The position numbers and the translations under genes were made by a program. The notes beneath the pieces were generated by a model that ran no database searches, was not told where the DNA came from, and saw only the letters and a list, made by a program, of their open reading frames with translations. A stretch of 64,000 nt of DNA. It comes from Antedon mediterranea (lineage: Eukaryota; Animalia; Echinodermata). Below are positions 12,001 through 26,418 of this stretch, in pieces; positions within the stretch are counted from its first letter, which is position 1, and each line of letters opens with the position of its first letter. The DNA is taken from NCBI RefSeq assembly GCF_964355755.1, contig NC_092672.1, forward strand, positions 16,691,237 through 16,755,236, given 5' to 3'.

Positions 12001-15000
12001 TTAATATCGTATTTAAAAACGTTTTTGACCATTTTGAGCATTTCGACAAAAAAATTTCACACAAAACAGCAAAGTGCACAGAATAACTTCAAATCGCATT
12101 TGGAGACGTTTTAGACCATTTTGTGATTTTCGAAAAAACTTGTTAACATAAAAACACCAAAGTGCTTAGAATAGCTTCAAATCGCATTTTGAGACATTTT
12201 AGACCCTTTTGTGATTTTTGAAAAAACTTGTTAACATAAAAACATCAAAGTGCTTAAAATCACATTAGAAACCGTTTTAGACCATTTTGAGCATTTCGAT
12301 AAAACTTTTCACACAAAAACATCAAAGAGCACAAAATAGCTTAATATCGTATTTAAAAACGTTTTTGACCATTTTGAGCATTTAGACAAAAAATTTTCAA
12401 ACAAAACAGCAAAGTGCACAGAATAACTTCAAATCGCATTTGGAGACGTTTTAGACCATTCTGTGATTTTCGAAAAAACTTGTTAACATAAAAACATCAA
12501 AGTGCTTAAAATCACATTAGAAACCGTTTTAGACCATTTTGAGCATTTCGATAAAACTTTTCACACAAAAAACATTAAAGAGCACAAAATAGCTTAATAT
12601 CGTATTTAAAAACGTTTTTGACCATTTTGAGCATTTCGACAAAAATGTTTCACACAAAACAGCAAAGTGTACAGAATAGCTTCAAATCGTATTTGGAGAC
12701 GTTTTAGACCTTTTTGTGATTTCCGAAAAAACTTGTTAACATAAAAACACCAAAGTGCTTAGAATAGCTTCAAATCGCATTTGGAGACGTTTTAGACCAT
12801 TTTGTGATTTTCAAAAAAACTTGTTAACATAAAAACACCAAAGTGCTTAGAATAGCTTCAAATCGCATTTTGAGACATTTTAGACCCTTTTGTGATTTTC
12901 TAAAAAACTTGGTTACACAAAAACACCAATGTGCTTAAAATAGCTTCAAATTGCATTTGGAGACGTTTTAGACCATTTTGTGATTTTCGAAAAAACTTGT
13001 TACCATAAAAACACCAAATTGCTTAGATTAGCTTCAAATCGCATTTTGAGACATTTTAGATCCTTTTGTGATTTTCGAAAAAACTTGTTAACATAAAAAC
13101 ACCAAAGAGCTTAGAATAGCTTCAAATCGCATTTTGAGACATTTTAGACCATTTTGTGATTTTCGAAAAAACTTGTTAACATAAAAACACCAAAGTGCTT
13201 AAAATAGCTTCAAATCGCATTTGGAGAAGTTTTAAACCATTTTGTGATTTTCGAAAAAACTTGTTAACATAAAAACATCAAAGTGTACAGAATAACTTCA
13301 AATAGCATTTGGAGACGTTTTAGACCATTTTGTGATTTTTGAAAAAACTTGTTAACATAAAAACACCAAAGTGCTTAGAATAGCTTCAAATCGCATTTTT
13401 AGACATTTTACACCCTTTTGTGATTTTCGAAAAAACTTGTTAAAATAAAAACATCAAAGTGTACAGAATAGCTTCAAATCGCATTTGGAGACGTTTTAGA
13501 CCATTTTGTGATTTTGAAAAAAGCTTAACATAAAAACACCAAAGAGCTTAGAATAGCTTCAAATCGCATTTTGAGACATTTTAGACCATTTTGTGATTTT
13601 CGAAAAAACTTGTTAAAATAAAAACATCAAAATGTACAGAATAGCTTCAAATCGCATTTGGAGACGTTTTAGACCATTTTGTGATTTTGAAAAAAACTGG
13701 TTAACATAAAAACACCAAAGAGCTTAGAATAGCTTCAAATCGCATTTTGAGACATTTTAGACCATTTTGTGTTTTTCGAAAAAACTTGTTAACATAAAAA
13801 CATCAAAGTGTACAGAATAGCTTCAAATCGCATTTTGAGACGTTTTAGACCATTTTGTGATTTTCGAAAAAACTTGTTAACATAAAAACATCAAAGTGCT
13901 TAAAATCACATTAGAAACCGTTTTAGACCATTTTAAGCATTTCGATAAAACTTTTCACACAAAAACATCAAAGAGCACAAAATAGCTTAATATCGTATTT
14001 AAAAACGTTTTTGACCATTTTGAGCATTTCGACAAAAAATTTTTACACAAAACAGCAAAGTGCACAGAATAACTTCAAATCGCATTTGGAGACGTTTTAG
14101 ACCATTTTGTGATTTTCGAAAAAACTTGTTAACATAAAAACATCAAAGTGCTTCAAATCACATTAGAAACCGTTTTAGACCATTTTGAGCATTTCGACAA
14201 AACTTTTCACACAAAAACATCAAAGAGCACAAAATAGCTTAATATCGTATTTAAAAACGTTTTTGACCATTTTGAGCATTTCGACAAAAAAATTTCACAC
14301 AAAACAGCAAAGTGCACAGAATAACTTCAAATCGCATTTGGAGACGTTTTAGACCATTTTGTGATTTTCGAAAAAACTTGTTAACATAAAAACACCAAAG
14401 TGCTTAGAATAGCTTCAAATCGCGTTTTGAGACATTTTAGACCCTTTTGTGATTTTTGAAAAAACTTGTTAACATAAAAACATCAAAGTGCTTCAAATCA
14501 CATTAGAAACCGTTTTAGACCATTTTGAGCATTTCGACAAAAAATTTTTACACAAAACAGCAAAGTGTACAGAATAGCTTCAAATCGTATTTGGAGACGT
14601 TTTAGACCTTTTTGTGATTTTCAAAAAAACTTGTTAACATAAAAACACCAAAGTGCTTAGAATAGCTTCAAATCGTATTTGGAGACGTTTTAGACCTTTT
14701 TGTGATTTTCGAAAAAACTTGTTAACATAAAAACACCAAAGTGCTTAGAATAGCTTCAAATCGCATTTGGAGACGTTTTAGACCATTCTGTGATTTTCGA
14801 AAAAACTTGTTAACATAAAAACATCAAAGTGCTTAAAATCACATTAGAAACCGTTTTAGACCATTTTGAGCATTTCGATAAAACTTTTCACACAAAAACA
14901 TCAAAGAGCACAAAATAGCTTAATATCGTATTTAAAAACGTTTTTGACCATTTTGAGCATTTAGACAAAAAATTTTCAAACAAAACAGCAAAGTGCACAG

Positions 15001-15753
15001 ATTAACTTCAAATCGCATTTGGAGACGTTTTAGAACATTCTGTGATTTTCGAAAAAACTTGTTAACATAAAAACATCAAAGTGCTTAAAATCACATTAGA
15101 AACCGTTTTAGACCATTTTGAGCATTTCGATAAAACTTTTCAGACAAAAACATTAAAGAGCACAAAATAGCTTAATATCGTATTTAAAAACGTTTTTGAC
15201 CATTTTGAGCATTCAAAAAAAAATTTCACACAAAACAGCAAAGTGCACAGAATAACTCCAAATCGCATTTGGAGACGTTTTAGACCATTTTGTGATTTTC
15301 GAAAAAACTTGTTAACATAAAAACACCAAAGTGCTTACAATAGCTTCAAATCGCATTTTGAGACATTTTAGACCCTTTTGTGATTTTCGAAAAAAACTTG
15401 GTTACACAAAAACACCAAAGTGCTTAAAATAGCTTCAAATCGCATTTGGAGACATTTTAGACTATATTGTGATTTTCGAAAAAACTTGTTAACATAAAAA
15501 CATCAAAGTGCTTAAAATCACATTAGAAACCGTTTTAGACCATTTTGAGCATTTCGATAAAACTTTTCACACAAAAACATCAAAGAGCACAAAATACCTT
15601 AATATCGTATTCAAAAACGTTTTTGACCATTTTGAGCATTTCGACAAAAATTTTTCACACAAAACAGCAAAGTGTACAGAATAGCTTCAAATCGTATTTG
15701 GAGACGTTTTAGACCTTTTTGTGATTTTCGAAAAAACTTGTTAACATAAAAAC
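1..15753 (+). repeat. Satellite DNA array, 88-bp monomer family (forward orientation)
   Basis: TTGTG recurs at 1, 89 and 177 (period 88). Approximate consensus: AAAACACCAAAGTGCTTAGAATAGCTTCAAATCGCATTTGGAGACGTTTTAGACCATTTTGTGATTTTCGAAAAAACTTGTTAACATA. A 77-bp variant (e.g. 1091-1167, ...AAAATCACATTAGAAACCG...) and the ...GAGCACAAAATAGCTTAATATCG... and ...CAGCAAAGTGCACAG... variants are interspersed, usually as an ordered trio. Confidence 0.98.
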
Positions 15754-18700
15754 GACTCCAAATGCGATTTGAAGCTATTCTAAGCACTTTGGTGTTTTTA
15801 TGTTAACAAGTTTTTTTTAAAATCACAAAATGGTCTAAAACGTCTCCAAATGCGATTTGAAGTTATTCTGTGCACTTTGCTGTTTTGTTTGAAAATTTTT
15901 TGTCGAAATGCTCAAAATGGTCAAAAACGTTTTTAAATACGATATTAAGCTATTTTGTGCTCTTTGATGTTTTTGTGTGAAAAGTTTTATCGAAATGCTC
16001 AAAATGGTCTAAAACGGTTTCTAATGTGATTTTAAGCACTTTGATGTTTTTATGTTAACAAGTTTTTTCGAAAATCACAGAATGGTCTAAAACGTCTCAA
16101 AATGCGATTTGAAGCTATTCTAAGCACTTTGGTGTTTTTATGGTAACAAGTTTTTTCGAAAATCAAAAAATGGTCTAAAACGTCTCCAAATGCGATTTGA
16201 AGCTATTCTAAGCACTTTGGTGTTTTTATGTTAACAAGTTTTTTCGAAAATCACAAAAAGGTCTAAAACGTCTCCAAATACGATTTGAAGCTATTCTGTA
16301 CACTTTGCTGTTTTGTGTGAAAAATTTTTGTCGAAATGCTCAAAATGGTCAAAAACGTTTTTAAATACGATATTAAGCTATTTTGTGCTCTTTAATGTTT
16401 TTGTGTGAAAAGTTTTATCGAAATGCTCAAAATGGTCTAAAACGGTTTCTAATGTGATTTTAAGCACTTTGATGTTTTTATGTTAACAAGTTTTTTCGAA
16501 AATCACAGAATGGTCTAAAACGTCTCAAAATGCGATTTGAAGTTATTCTGTGCACTTTGCTGTTTTGTTTGAAATTTTTTTGTCTAAATGCTCAAAATGG
16601 TCAAAAACGTTTTTAAATACGATATTAAGCTATTTTGTGCTCTTTGATGTTTTTGTGTAAAAAGTTTTATCGAAATGCTCAAAATGGTCTAAAACGGTTT
16701 CTAATGTGATTTTAAGCACTTTGATGTTTTTATGTTAACAAGTTTTTTCGAAAATCACAGAATGGTCTAAAACGTCTCAAAATGCGATTTGAAGCTATTC
16801 TAAGGACTTTGGTGTTTTTATGGTAACAAGTTTTTTCGAAAATCACAAAAATGGTCTAAAACGTCTCCAAATGCGATTTGAAGCTATTCTAAGCACTTTG
16901 GTGTTTTTATGTTAACAAGTTTTTTTGAAAATCACAAAAAGGTCTAAAACGTCTCCAAATACGATTTGAAGTTATTCTGTACACTTTGCTGTTTTGTGTG
17001 AAAAATTTTTGTCGAAATGCTCAAAATGGTCTAAAACGGTTTCTAATGTGATTTTAAGCACTTTGATGTTTTTATGTTAACAAGTTTTTTCGAAAATCAC
17101 AAAGTGGTCTAAAATGTCTCCAAATGCGATTTGAAGCTATTCTTAGCACTTTGGTGTTTTTATGTTAAGTTTTTTCGAAAATCACAAAAAGGTCTAAAAC
17201 GTCTCCAAATGCGATTTGAAGTTATTCTGTGCACTTTGCTGTTTTGTGTGAAAAATTTTTTTTCGAAATGCTCAAAATGGTCAAAAACGTTTTTAAATAC
17301 GATATTAAGCTATTTTGTGCTCTTTGATGTTTTTGTGTGAAAAGTTTTATCGAAATGCTCAAAATGGTCTAAAACGGTTTCTAATGTGATTTTAAGCACT
17401 TTGGTGTTTTTATGTTAACAAGTTTTTTCGAAAAACACAAAATGGTCTAAAATGCGATTTGAAGCTATTCTTAGCACTTTGGTGTTTTTATGTTAACAAG
17501 TTTTTTCGAAAATCACAAAAAGGTCTAAAACGTCTCCAAATACGATTTGAAGCTACTTTTCTGTTTTGTGTGAAATTTTTTTGTCGAAATGCTCAAAATG
17601 GTCAAAAACGTTTTTAAATACGATATTAAGCTATTTTGTGCTCTTTGATGTTTTTGTGTGAAAAGTTTTATCGAAATGCTCAAAATGGTCTAAAACGGTT
17701 TCTAATGTGATTTTAAGCACTTTGATGTTTTTATGTTAACAAGTTTTTTCGAAAATCACAAAGTGGTCTAAAATGTCTCCAAATGCGATTTGAAGCTATT
17801 CTTAGCACTTTGGAATTTTTATGTTAACAAGTTTTTTCGAAAATCACAAAAGGGTCTAAAATGTCTCAAAATGCGATTTGAAGCTATTCTAAGCACTTTG
17901 GTGTTTTTATGTTAAAAAGTTTTTTCGAAAATCACAAAATGGTCTAAAATGTCTCAAAATGCGATTTGAAGCTATTCTAAGCTCTTTGGTGTTTTTATGT
18001 TAACGAAGTTTTTTCGAAAATCACAAAAGGGTCTAAAATGTCTCAAAATGCGATTTGAAGCTAATCTAAGCACTTTGGTGTTTTTATGGTAACAAGTTTT
18101 TTCGAAAATCACAAAATGGTCTAAAACGTCTCCAAATGCAATTTGAAGCTATTTTAAGCACTTTGGTGTTTTTGTGTAACCAAGTTTTTTCGAAAATCAC
18201 AAAAGGGTCTAAAATGTCTCAAAATGCGATTTGAAGCTATTCTAAGCACTTTGGTGTTTTTATGTTAACAAGTTTTTTCGGAAATCACAAAAAGGTCTAA
18301 AACGTCTCCAAATACGATTTGAAGCTATTCTGTACACTTTGCTGTTTTGTGTGAAAAATTGTTGTCGAAATGCTCAAAATGGTCAAAAACGTTTTTAAAT
18401 ACGATATTAAGCTATTTTGTGCTCTTTAATGTTTTTGTGTGAAAAGTTTTATCGAAATGCTCAAAATGGTCTAAAACGGTTTCTAATGTGATTTTAAGCA
18501 CTTTGATGTTTTTATGTTAACAAGTTTTTTCGAAAATCACAGAATGGTCTAAAACGTCTCCAAATGCGATTTGAAGTTATTCGGTGCACTTTGCTGTTTT
18601 GTTTGAAAATTTTTTGTCTAAATGCTCAAAATGGTCAAAAACGTTTTTAAATACGATATTAAGCTATTTTGTGCTCTTTGATGTTTTTGTGTGAAAAGTT

Positions 18701-21700
18701 TTATCGAAATGCTCAAAATGGTCTAAAACGGTTTCTAATGTGATTTGAAGCACTTTGATGTTTTTATGTTAACAAGTTTTTTCAAAAATCACAAAAGGGT
18801 CTAAAATGTCTCAAAATGCGATTTGAAGCTATTCTAAGCACTTTGGTGTTTTTATGTTAACAAGTTTTTTCGAAAATCACAAAATGGTCTAAAACGTCTC
18901 CAAATGCGATTTGAAGTTATTCTGTGCACTTTGCTGTTTTGTGTGAAATTTTTTTGTCGAAATGCTCAAAATGGTCAAAAACGTTTTTAAATACGATATT
19001 AAGCTATTTTGTGCTCTTTGATGTTTTTGTGTGAAAAGTTTTATCGAAATGCTCAAAATGGTCTAAAACGGTTTCTAATGTGATTTTAAGCACTTTGGTG
19101 TTTTTGTGTAACCAAGTTTTTTCGAAAATCACAAAATATTCAAAAATGTCTCCAAATGCGATTTGAAGCTATTTTAAGCACTTTGGTGTTTTTGTGTAAC
19201 CAAGTTTTTTCGAAAATCACAAAAGGGTCTAAAATGTCTCAAAATGCGATTTGAAGCTATTCTAAGCACTTCGGTGTTTTTATGTTAACAAGTTTTTTCG
19301 AAAATCACAAAATGGTCTAAAACGTCTCCAAATGCGAATTGAAGCTATTCTAAGCACTTTGATGTTTTTATGTTAACAAGTTTTTTCGAAAATCACAAAA
19401 TGGTCTAAAACGTCTCCAAATGCGATTTGAAGCTATTCTGTACACTTTGATGTTTTTATGTTAACAAGTTTTTTCGAAAAACACAAAATGGTCTAAAATG
19501 TCTCAAAATGCGATTTGAAGCTATTCTGAGCTCTTTGGTGTTTTTATGTTAACAAGTTTTTTTCAAAATCACAAAATGGTCTAAAACGTCTCCAAATGCG
19601 ATTTGAAGCTATTCTGTACATTTTGATGTTTTTATTTTAACAAGTTTTTTTGAAAATCACAAAATGGTCTAAAATGTCTCAAAATGCGATTTGAAGCTAT
19701 TCTAAGCTCTTTGGTGTTTTTATGTTAAGTTTTTTTCAAAATCACAAAATGGTCTAAAACGTCTCCAAATGCGATTTGAAGCTATTCTGTACACTTTGAT
19801 GTTTTTATTTTAACAAGTTTTTTCGAAAATCACAAAAGGGTGTAAAATGTCTAAAAATGCGATTTGAAGCTATTCTAAGCACTTTGGTGTTTTTATGTTA
19901 ACAAGTTTTTTCAAAAATCACAAAATGGTCTAAAACGTCTCCAAATGCGATTTGAAGTTATTCTGTACACTTTGATGTTTTTATGTTAACAAGTTTTTTC
20001 GAAAATCACAAAATGGTTTAAAACTTCTCCAAATGCGATTTGAAGCTATTTTAAGCACTTTGGTGTTTTTATGTTAACAAGTTTTTTCGAAAATCACAAA
20101 ATGGTCTAAAATGTCTCAAAATGCGATTTGAAGCTATTCTAAGCTCTTTGGTGTTTTTATGTTAACAAGTTTTTTCGAAAATCACAAAAGGGTCTAAAAT
20201 GTCTCAAAATGCGATTTGAAGCTAATCTAAGCACTTTGGTGTTTTTATGGTAACAAGTTTTTTCGAAAATCACAAAATGGTCTAAAACGTCTCCAAATGC
20301 AATTTGAAGCTATTTTAAGCACTTTGGTGTTTTTGTGTAACCAAGTTTTTTCGAAAATCACAAAAGGGTCTAAAATGTCTCAAAATGCGATTTGAAGCTT
20401 TTCTAAGCACTTTGGTGTTTTTATGTTAACAAGTTTTTTCGAAAATCACAAAATGGTCTAAAACGTCTCCAAATGCGATTTGAAGCTATTCTAAGCACTT
20501 TGGTGTTTTTATGTTAACAAGTTTTTTCGGAAATCACAAAAAGGTCTAAAACGTCTCCAAATACGATTTGAAGCTATTCTGTACACTTTGCTGTTTTGTG
20601 TGAAAAATTTTTGTCGAAATGCTCAAAATGGTCAAAAACGTTTTTAAATACGATATTAAGCTATTTTGTGCTCTTTAATGTTTTTGTGTGAAAAGTTTTA
20701 TCGAAATGCTCAAAATGGTCTAAAACGGTTTCTAATGTGATTTTAAGCACTTTGATGTTTTTATGTTAACAAGTTTTTTCGAAAATCACAGAATGGTCTA
20801 AAACGTCTCCAAATGCGATTTGAAGTTATTCTGTGCACTTTGCTGTTTTGTTTGAAAATTTTTTGTCTAAATGCTCAAAATGGTCAAAAACGTTTTTAAA
20901 TACGATATTAAGCTATTTTGTGCTCTTTGATGTTTTTGTGTGAAAAGTTTTATCGAAATGCTCAAAATGGTCTAAAACGGTTTCTAATGTGATTTGAAGC
21001 ACTTTGATGTTTTTATGTTAACAAGTTTTTTCAAAAATCACAAAAGGGTCTAAAATGTCTCAAAATGCGATTTGAAGCTATTCTAAGCACTTTGGTGTTT
21101 TTATGTTAACAAGTTTTTTCGAAAATCACAAAATGGTCTAAAACGTCTCCAAATGCGATTTGAAGTTATTCTGTGCACTTTGCTGTTTTGTGTGAAATTT
21201 TTTTGTCGAAATGCTCAAAATGGTCAAAAACGTTTTTAAATACGATATTAATCTATTTTGGGCTCTTTGATGTTTTTGTGTGAAAAGTTTTATCGAAATG
21301 CTCAAAATGGTCTAAAACGGTTTCTAATGTGATTTTAAGCACTTTGATGTTTTTATGTTAACAAGTTTTTTCGAAAATCACAGAATGGTCTAAAACGTCT
21401 CCAAATGCGATTTGAAGTTATTCTGTGCACTTTGCTGTTTTGTGTGAAAATTTTTTTTCGAAATGCTCAAAATGGTCAAAAACGTTTTTAAATACGATAT
21501 TAAGCTATTTTGTGCTCTTTGATGTTTTTGTGTGAAAAGTTTTATCGAAATGCTTAAAATGGTCTAAAACGGTTTCTAATGTGATTTTAAGCACTTTGAT
21601 GTTTTTATGTTAACAAGTTTTTTCGAAAATCACAGAATGGTCTAAAACGTCTCCAAATGCGATTTGAAGTTATTCTGTGCACTTTGCTGTTTTGTTTGAA

Positions 21701-23370
21701 AATTTTTTGTCGAAATGCTCAAAATGGTCAAAAACGTTTTTAAATACGATATTAAGCTATTTTGTGCTCTTTGATGTTTTTGTGTAAAAAGTTTTATCGA
21801 AATGCTCAAAATGGTCTAAAACGGTTTCTAATGTGATTTTAAGCACTTTGATGTTTTTATGTTAACAAGTTTTTTCGAAAATCACAGAATGGTCTAAAAC
21901 GTCTCAAAATGCGATTTGAAGCTATTCTAAGCACTTTGGTGTTTTTATGGTAACAAGTTTTTTCGAAAATCAAAAAATGGTCTAAAACGTCTCCAAATGC
22001 GATTTGAAGCTATTCTAAGCACTTTGGTGTTTTTATGTTAACAAGTTTTTTTGAAAATCACAAAAAGGTCTAAAACGTCTCCAAATACGATTTGAAGCTA
22101 TTCTGTACACTTTGCTGTTTTGTGTGAAAATTTTTTGTCGAAATGCTCAAAATGGTCTAAAACGGTTTCTAATGTGATTTTAAGCACTTTGATGTTTTTA
22201 TGTTAACAAGTTTTTTCGAAAATCACAAAGTGGTCTAAAATGTCTCCAAATGCGATTTGAAGCTATTCTTAGCACTTTGGTGTTTTTATGTTAACAAGTT
22301 TTTTCGAAAATCACAAAAAGGTCTAAAACGTCTCCAAATACGATTTGAAGCTATTCTGTACACTTTGCTGTTTTGTGTGAAAAATTTTTGTCGAAATGCT
22401 CAAAATGGTCAAAAACGTTTTTAAATACGATATTAAGCTATTTTGTGCTCTTTAATGTTTTAGTGTGAAAAGTTTTATCGAAATGCTCAAAATGGTCTAA
22501 AACGGTTTCTAATGTGATTTTAAGCACTTTGATGTTTTTATGTTAACAAGTTTTTTCGAAAATCACAGAATGGTCTAAAACGTCTCCAAATGCGATTTGA
22601 AGTTATTCTGTGCACTTTGCTGTTTTGTTTGAAAATTTTTTGTCTAAATGCTCAAAATGGTCAAAAACGTTTTTAAATACGATATTAAGCTATTTTGTGC
22701 TCTTTGATGTTTTTGTGTAAAAAGTTTTATCGAAATGCTCAAAATGGTCTAAAACGGTTTCTAATGTGATTTTAAGCACTTTGATGTTTTTATGTTAACA
22801 AGTTTTTTCGAAAATCACAGAATGGTCTAAAACGTCTCAAAATGCGATTTGAAGCTATTCTAAGCACTTTGGTGTTTTTATGGTAACAAGTTTTTTCGAA
22901 AATCAAAAAATGGTCTAAAACGTCTCCAAATGCGATTTGAAGCTATTCTAAGCACTTTGGTGTTTTTATGTTAACAAGTTTTTTTGAAAATCACAAAAAG
23001 GTCTAAAACGTCTCCAAATACGATTTGAAGCTATTCTGTACACTTTGCTGTTTTGTGTGAAAATTTTTTGTCGAAATGCTCAAAATGGTCTAAAACGGTT
23101 TCTAATGTGATTTTAAGCACTTTTATGTTTTTATGTTAACAAGTTTTTTCGAAAATCACAAAGTGGTCTAAAATGTCTCCAAATGCGATTTGAAGCTATT
23201 CTTAGCACTTTGGTGTTTTTATGTTAACAAGTTTTTTCGAAAATCACAAAAAGGTCTAAAACGTCTCCAAATGCGATTTGAAGTTATTCTGTGCACTTTG
23301 CTGTTTTGTGTGAAAATTTTTTTTTCGAAATGCTCAAAATGGTCAAAAACGTTTTTAAATACGATATTAA
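15754..23370 (-). repeat. Same satellite, reverse orientation (left part of inverted block)
   Basis: After ...TTAACATAAAAAC the sequence becomes the reverse complement (GACTCCAAATGCGATTTGAAGCTATTC...) and stays so up to the transposon TTAA at 23367-23370. Confidence 0.97.
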
Positions 23371-23388
23371 AGATGATATGAAACGATT
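23371..23388 (+). repeat. Left TIR of Kolobok element (AGATGATATGAAACGATT)
   Basis: Exact reverse complement of 28180-28197. Confidence 0.95.
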
Positions 23389-23635
23389 TTGAAAATTTAA
23401 ATAAATTAGTGTTTATGAATCTGTCTAATGTAAATAACTAACACACCAGAAATTAGGTTTAAATACCTCATAAAACTCGAAAAATAAACAAATTAAGTTT
23501 TAAAGAAAATCCTCCGGAAAATGGCCGACCAACTTGCACGCCATATTGGTTTTCACGATCGCTCTAAACACACGTACGTCCGATCGCTCAGCTGATTTGA
23601 AATACCCGCGGTAGTAGCCACGGCAGCCGTTGTTA

Positions 23636-23680
23636 TGTGATTGGTTACTCTTTTTCAACCCAGGCGAATCGTGATTGGTT
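23636..23680 (+). promoter_or_regulatory. Two inverted CCAAT boxes (GTGATTGGTT x2), putative transposase promoter
   Basis: GTGATTGGTT occurs at ~23637 and ~23671, 105-150 bp upstream of the THAP ATG (23786), in a CpG-richer stretch. Motif match only. Confidence 0.35.
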
Positions 23681-23785
23681 GATTTCATGCACTTTGACAG
23701 AGAGAGACACAGCGAGCTTGACGTTTCATGCATGACGACGAAAACAACATGTGCGACACAATCTCACCATCATTATTTTCGCAAG

Positions 23786-26136
23786 ATGCCGAGTGCTTGT
23801 TGTATCGGTGGATGTAACCGGACTGGATCAACACACCCAAATGTTTCTTTTTTTTTTATTCCCCGACAAGTTAAAACGCAGTGAAACGTTTAATAAATGG
23901 ACTGAATTTGTTAAGTTAACTAGAAAGGGGTATGTGTGGAAGCGGACTAACAGAATATGTAGCGCCATATTTCTGAAATGAAGAAGACGGGGGTGGTGGT
24001 AAAGCCGAGACTAAAAACGGATGCTTACCTCACCATAAAAGCTCCGGTAAGTGAGGAAGAAGGCCTACCACCCCAACCCAAAAAACGGAAAGTGCGGCCT
24101 CGGACTGCGGCGTGTCGAAGACGCGAGGTTGAAAGGGTAAGAAATATTTTTATAAATTAAAATCCCCTGCGTGGACGGTTGCCTACGTACGTAACGTTGT
24201 CGTTCAAATCTAGGCCCACCTGATTATACTGTACTATCATAATCGTTCGATTTAGTTTATGAAAATAATAATAAAATATTTAAATTAAAATATTTCCTTT
24301 TAAATCTGTGGGCCCAGAGGCCCAGACTATCTAGGTAACCATATAGGTCCTCGTTGGTGAACCATTATACATAGGCCTATTATTAGGCCTAGTGTAACCA
24401 GGGAGTTGTCCTGGTGTAACACTCTGACCATCAGGTCAACAACCCTTCAATCACTATTTCTACTGGCCTATAACCCACATCCTTAATCAAGTAGTGTTTC
24501 CTCATGATCATCAAGAAATATTCCCCCAGGCTTGGTATGTTAGTTTTAACAAAAACATTTTAAAAGTTTATTTTACAAAATTGTATGACAATTTTTTTAA
24601 TTCACACCAGTTGATAATTTTAATAATTGTTATTGCTAAAGAATACCCAGGTAAGCCATGGAGGTACCTCCATGGAAGCTTGGCCTAGTCTAGACCTGGA
24701 TACTGTGTGGTTCTGTTTTGTTATCATCAAGGAGCTTTGTTACCAAACAAAGAATGGAAAGTTTCCAACCTATGTATTCTTACTTTTCATTTTATATTTC
24801 ATTTCAGATTTTGATTGAAGAAGAATTGCCTGGTACATCATCGATATGTATTTTTTTTTCATTACTTTGATGCATGGCACATTGCCAAGGGTAAGTAATA
24901 TGTCTTAATAGTTATTTTACTCAAATTACCACAAATAAAAGGAATCAATGTATGTCAAATGATGTAAAAAGGTACAACTTTTTTCGTCTTACTGTAATTT
25001 TGTTTTTTTTATATATATAAAATATATTCAGGAATAAAGAAAAAATGCATAAAAGCCAGCAATAACAAAGAATGTGACAAAATTGGCAAATGGATACCAT
25101 CCATTATCAGGATGGTATATTGGATCGGAAATACCACACAAGAAACGGAGGACTTGGATGCCGATGGTGAACTGAGGAAGCAAACATTCCAAAGCATATA
25201 TAATCACATACGGGGTATTCATAATCACGAAACCACACTATATCCCAAATGCCTTCATGGAGAGCTGGAACCTCGAGACTACATTCAACCAAGTAAGTTG
25301 TAGTATTGATTTTGGTGAAGATTATTGACAGTTTTTTTTTATTTTGCTAAAATTTATATTTTTTTTTTCCAGATTCAAAAGCGGAAGAAGTAGTTTCAAA
25401 CATCCTGAATTCACCTTATTTGTTGAGATCTATTAAGCAGTTGTCACCCACTATCCAGACCTATTCAAATGAATCGTTTCATCAAATTATTAATCATTTT
25501 GCGCCAAAAATGCACCATTTCAGGTTTAAGGGCATGCTTGCAAGGTATAATTTGATAGAATAGCATATTGTATAATTTAATGATAGAGAACCAATTAAGT
25601 AAGGTCTTTATAATCTATGATTTACACTAATTAAGCCTGAAGCCTTTAACAATCAATGTAATGTGTTGTAATTCTATATTGTGCATTTACTTCAGAACCT
25701 ACCTTGCAGCCTTGCATTGCAATGAGAATGTTGGCAGGCCACAAAGGGTCAACAAAAAAGGGGACACAGAACACTCTTTGTGGTATTCACGGGCAAAAAA
25801 GGACTGGATGGCCAAAAAACATCTTGTTGATCCCACATTTGGTAAGGACCAGTTACTATTAATTGTTACTAAGTTATGCCATAATTGAAAGTGTTTGTAA
25901 GCAAAATGTGGAACTAATTTATAAAATATCCTATTACATTAAACAGTAATATTTTTGTCTTTGCAGTTTATGCCATCAACACCATTGAAATGGCGATGTA
26001 TATGGCCAAAACTAATACAAAAGGATTATATTACACGGCAGAAATGATGTGTGATCCTGGTACAATTACAGAAAAACTGCCAAAACCAGACAAGACAGAC
26101 TTTGTTGCAAAGTTAATCTCTAGATTTAAGCATTAA
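23786..26136 (+). pseudogene. THAP-domain DDE transposase pseudogene (Kolobok type), 6 recognisable exons
   Basis: GT-AG exons read by eye. 23786-24136: MPSACCIGGC..FP..W..RICS..PRLKTDAYLTI = THAP pattern, with two frameshifts. 24808-24890: ILIEEELPGTSS, then out of frame HYFDAWHIAK. 25032-25292: GIKKK..W..NHIRGIH..CLHG, His/Cys-rich motif. 25373-25544: QTYSNESFH..HFAPK, likely catalytic Glu. 25696-25841: TYLAALHCNEN. 25967-26136: ..LISRFKH*. Splice phases of the last four introns are mutually consistent. Confidence 0.85.
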
Positions 26137-26418
26137 CTTTACACTGCTTCACAGAACTTGTGTCATAAATTTAGAATATTTTTATTTTATCACTACCTTG
26201 ATCACTGATTTTATATCTCGGAGAAAAAGAATTGTTTAGTTGTTAATTTATTCCTTTGTTTTAGTTCATTGTATTTTGACATGCATGCTTCTGTTGTTCA
26301 CAAAAAAAAACAGGTATTTATTCATAAGGTAACTACTGTACATTTATTTTTATACGGCAGGAACTACTGTACATAGATTTGTATTTATATGGAGTGTTAA
26401 TTCATAAAATAAACTAAA

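Noticed and set aside
23500-25292. Short alternative-frame or antisense ORFs inside the Kolobok element (23500-23733, 24494-24818, 25009-25292 minus)
   Set aside because: They are intronic or antisense to the recognisable transposase exons and show no protein motifs.
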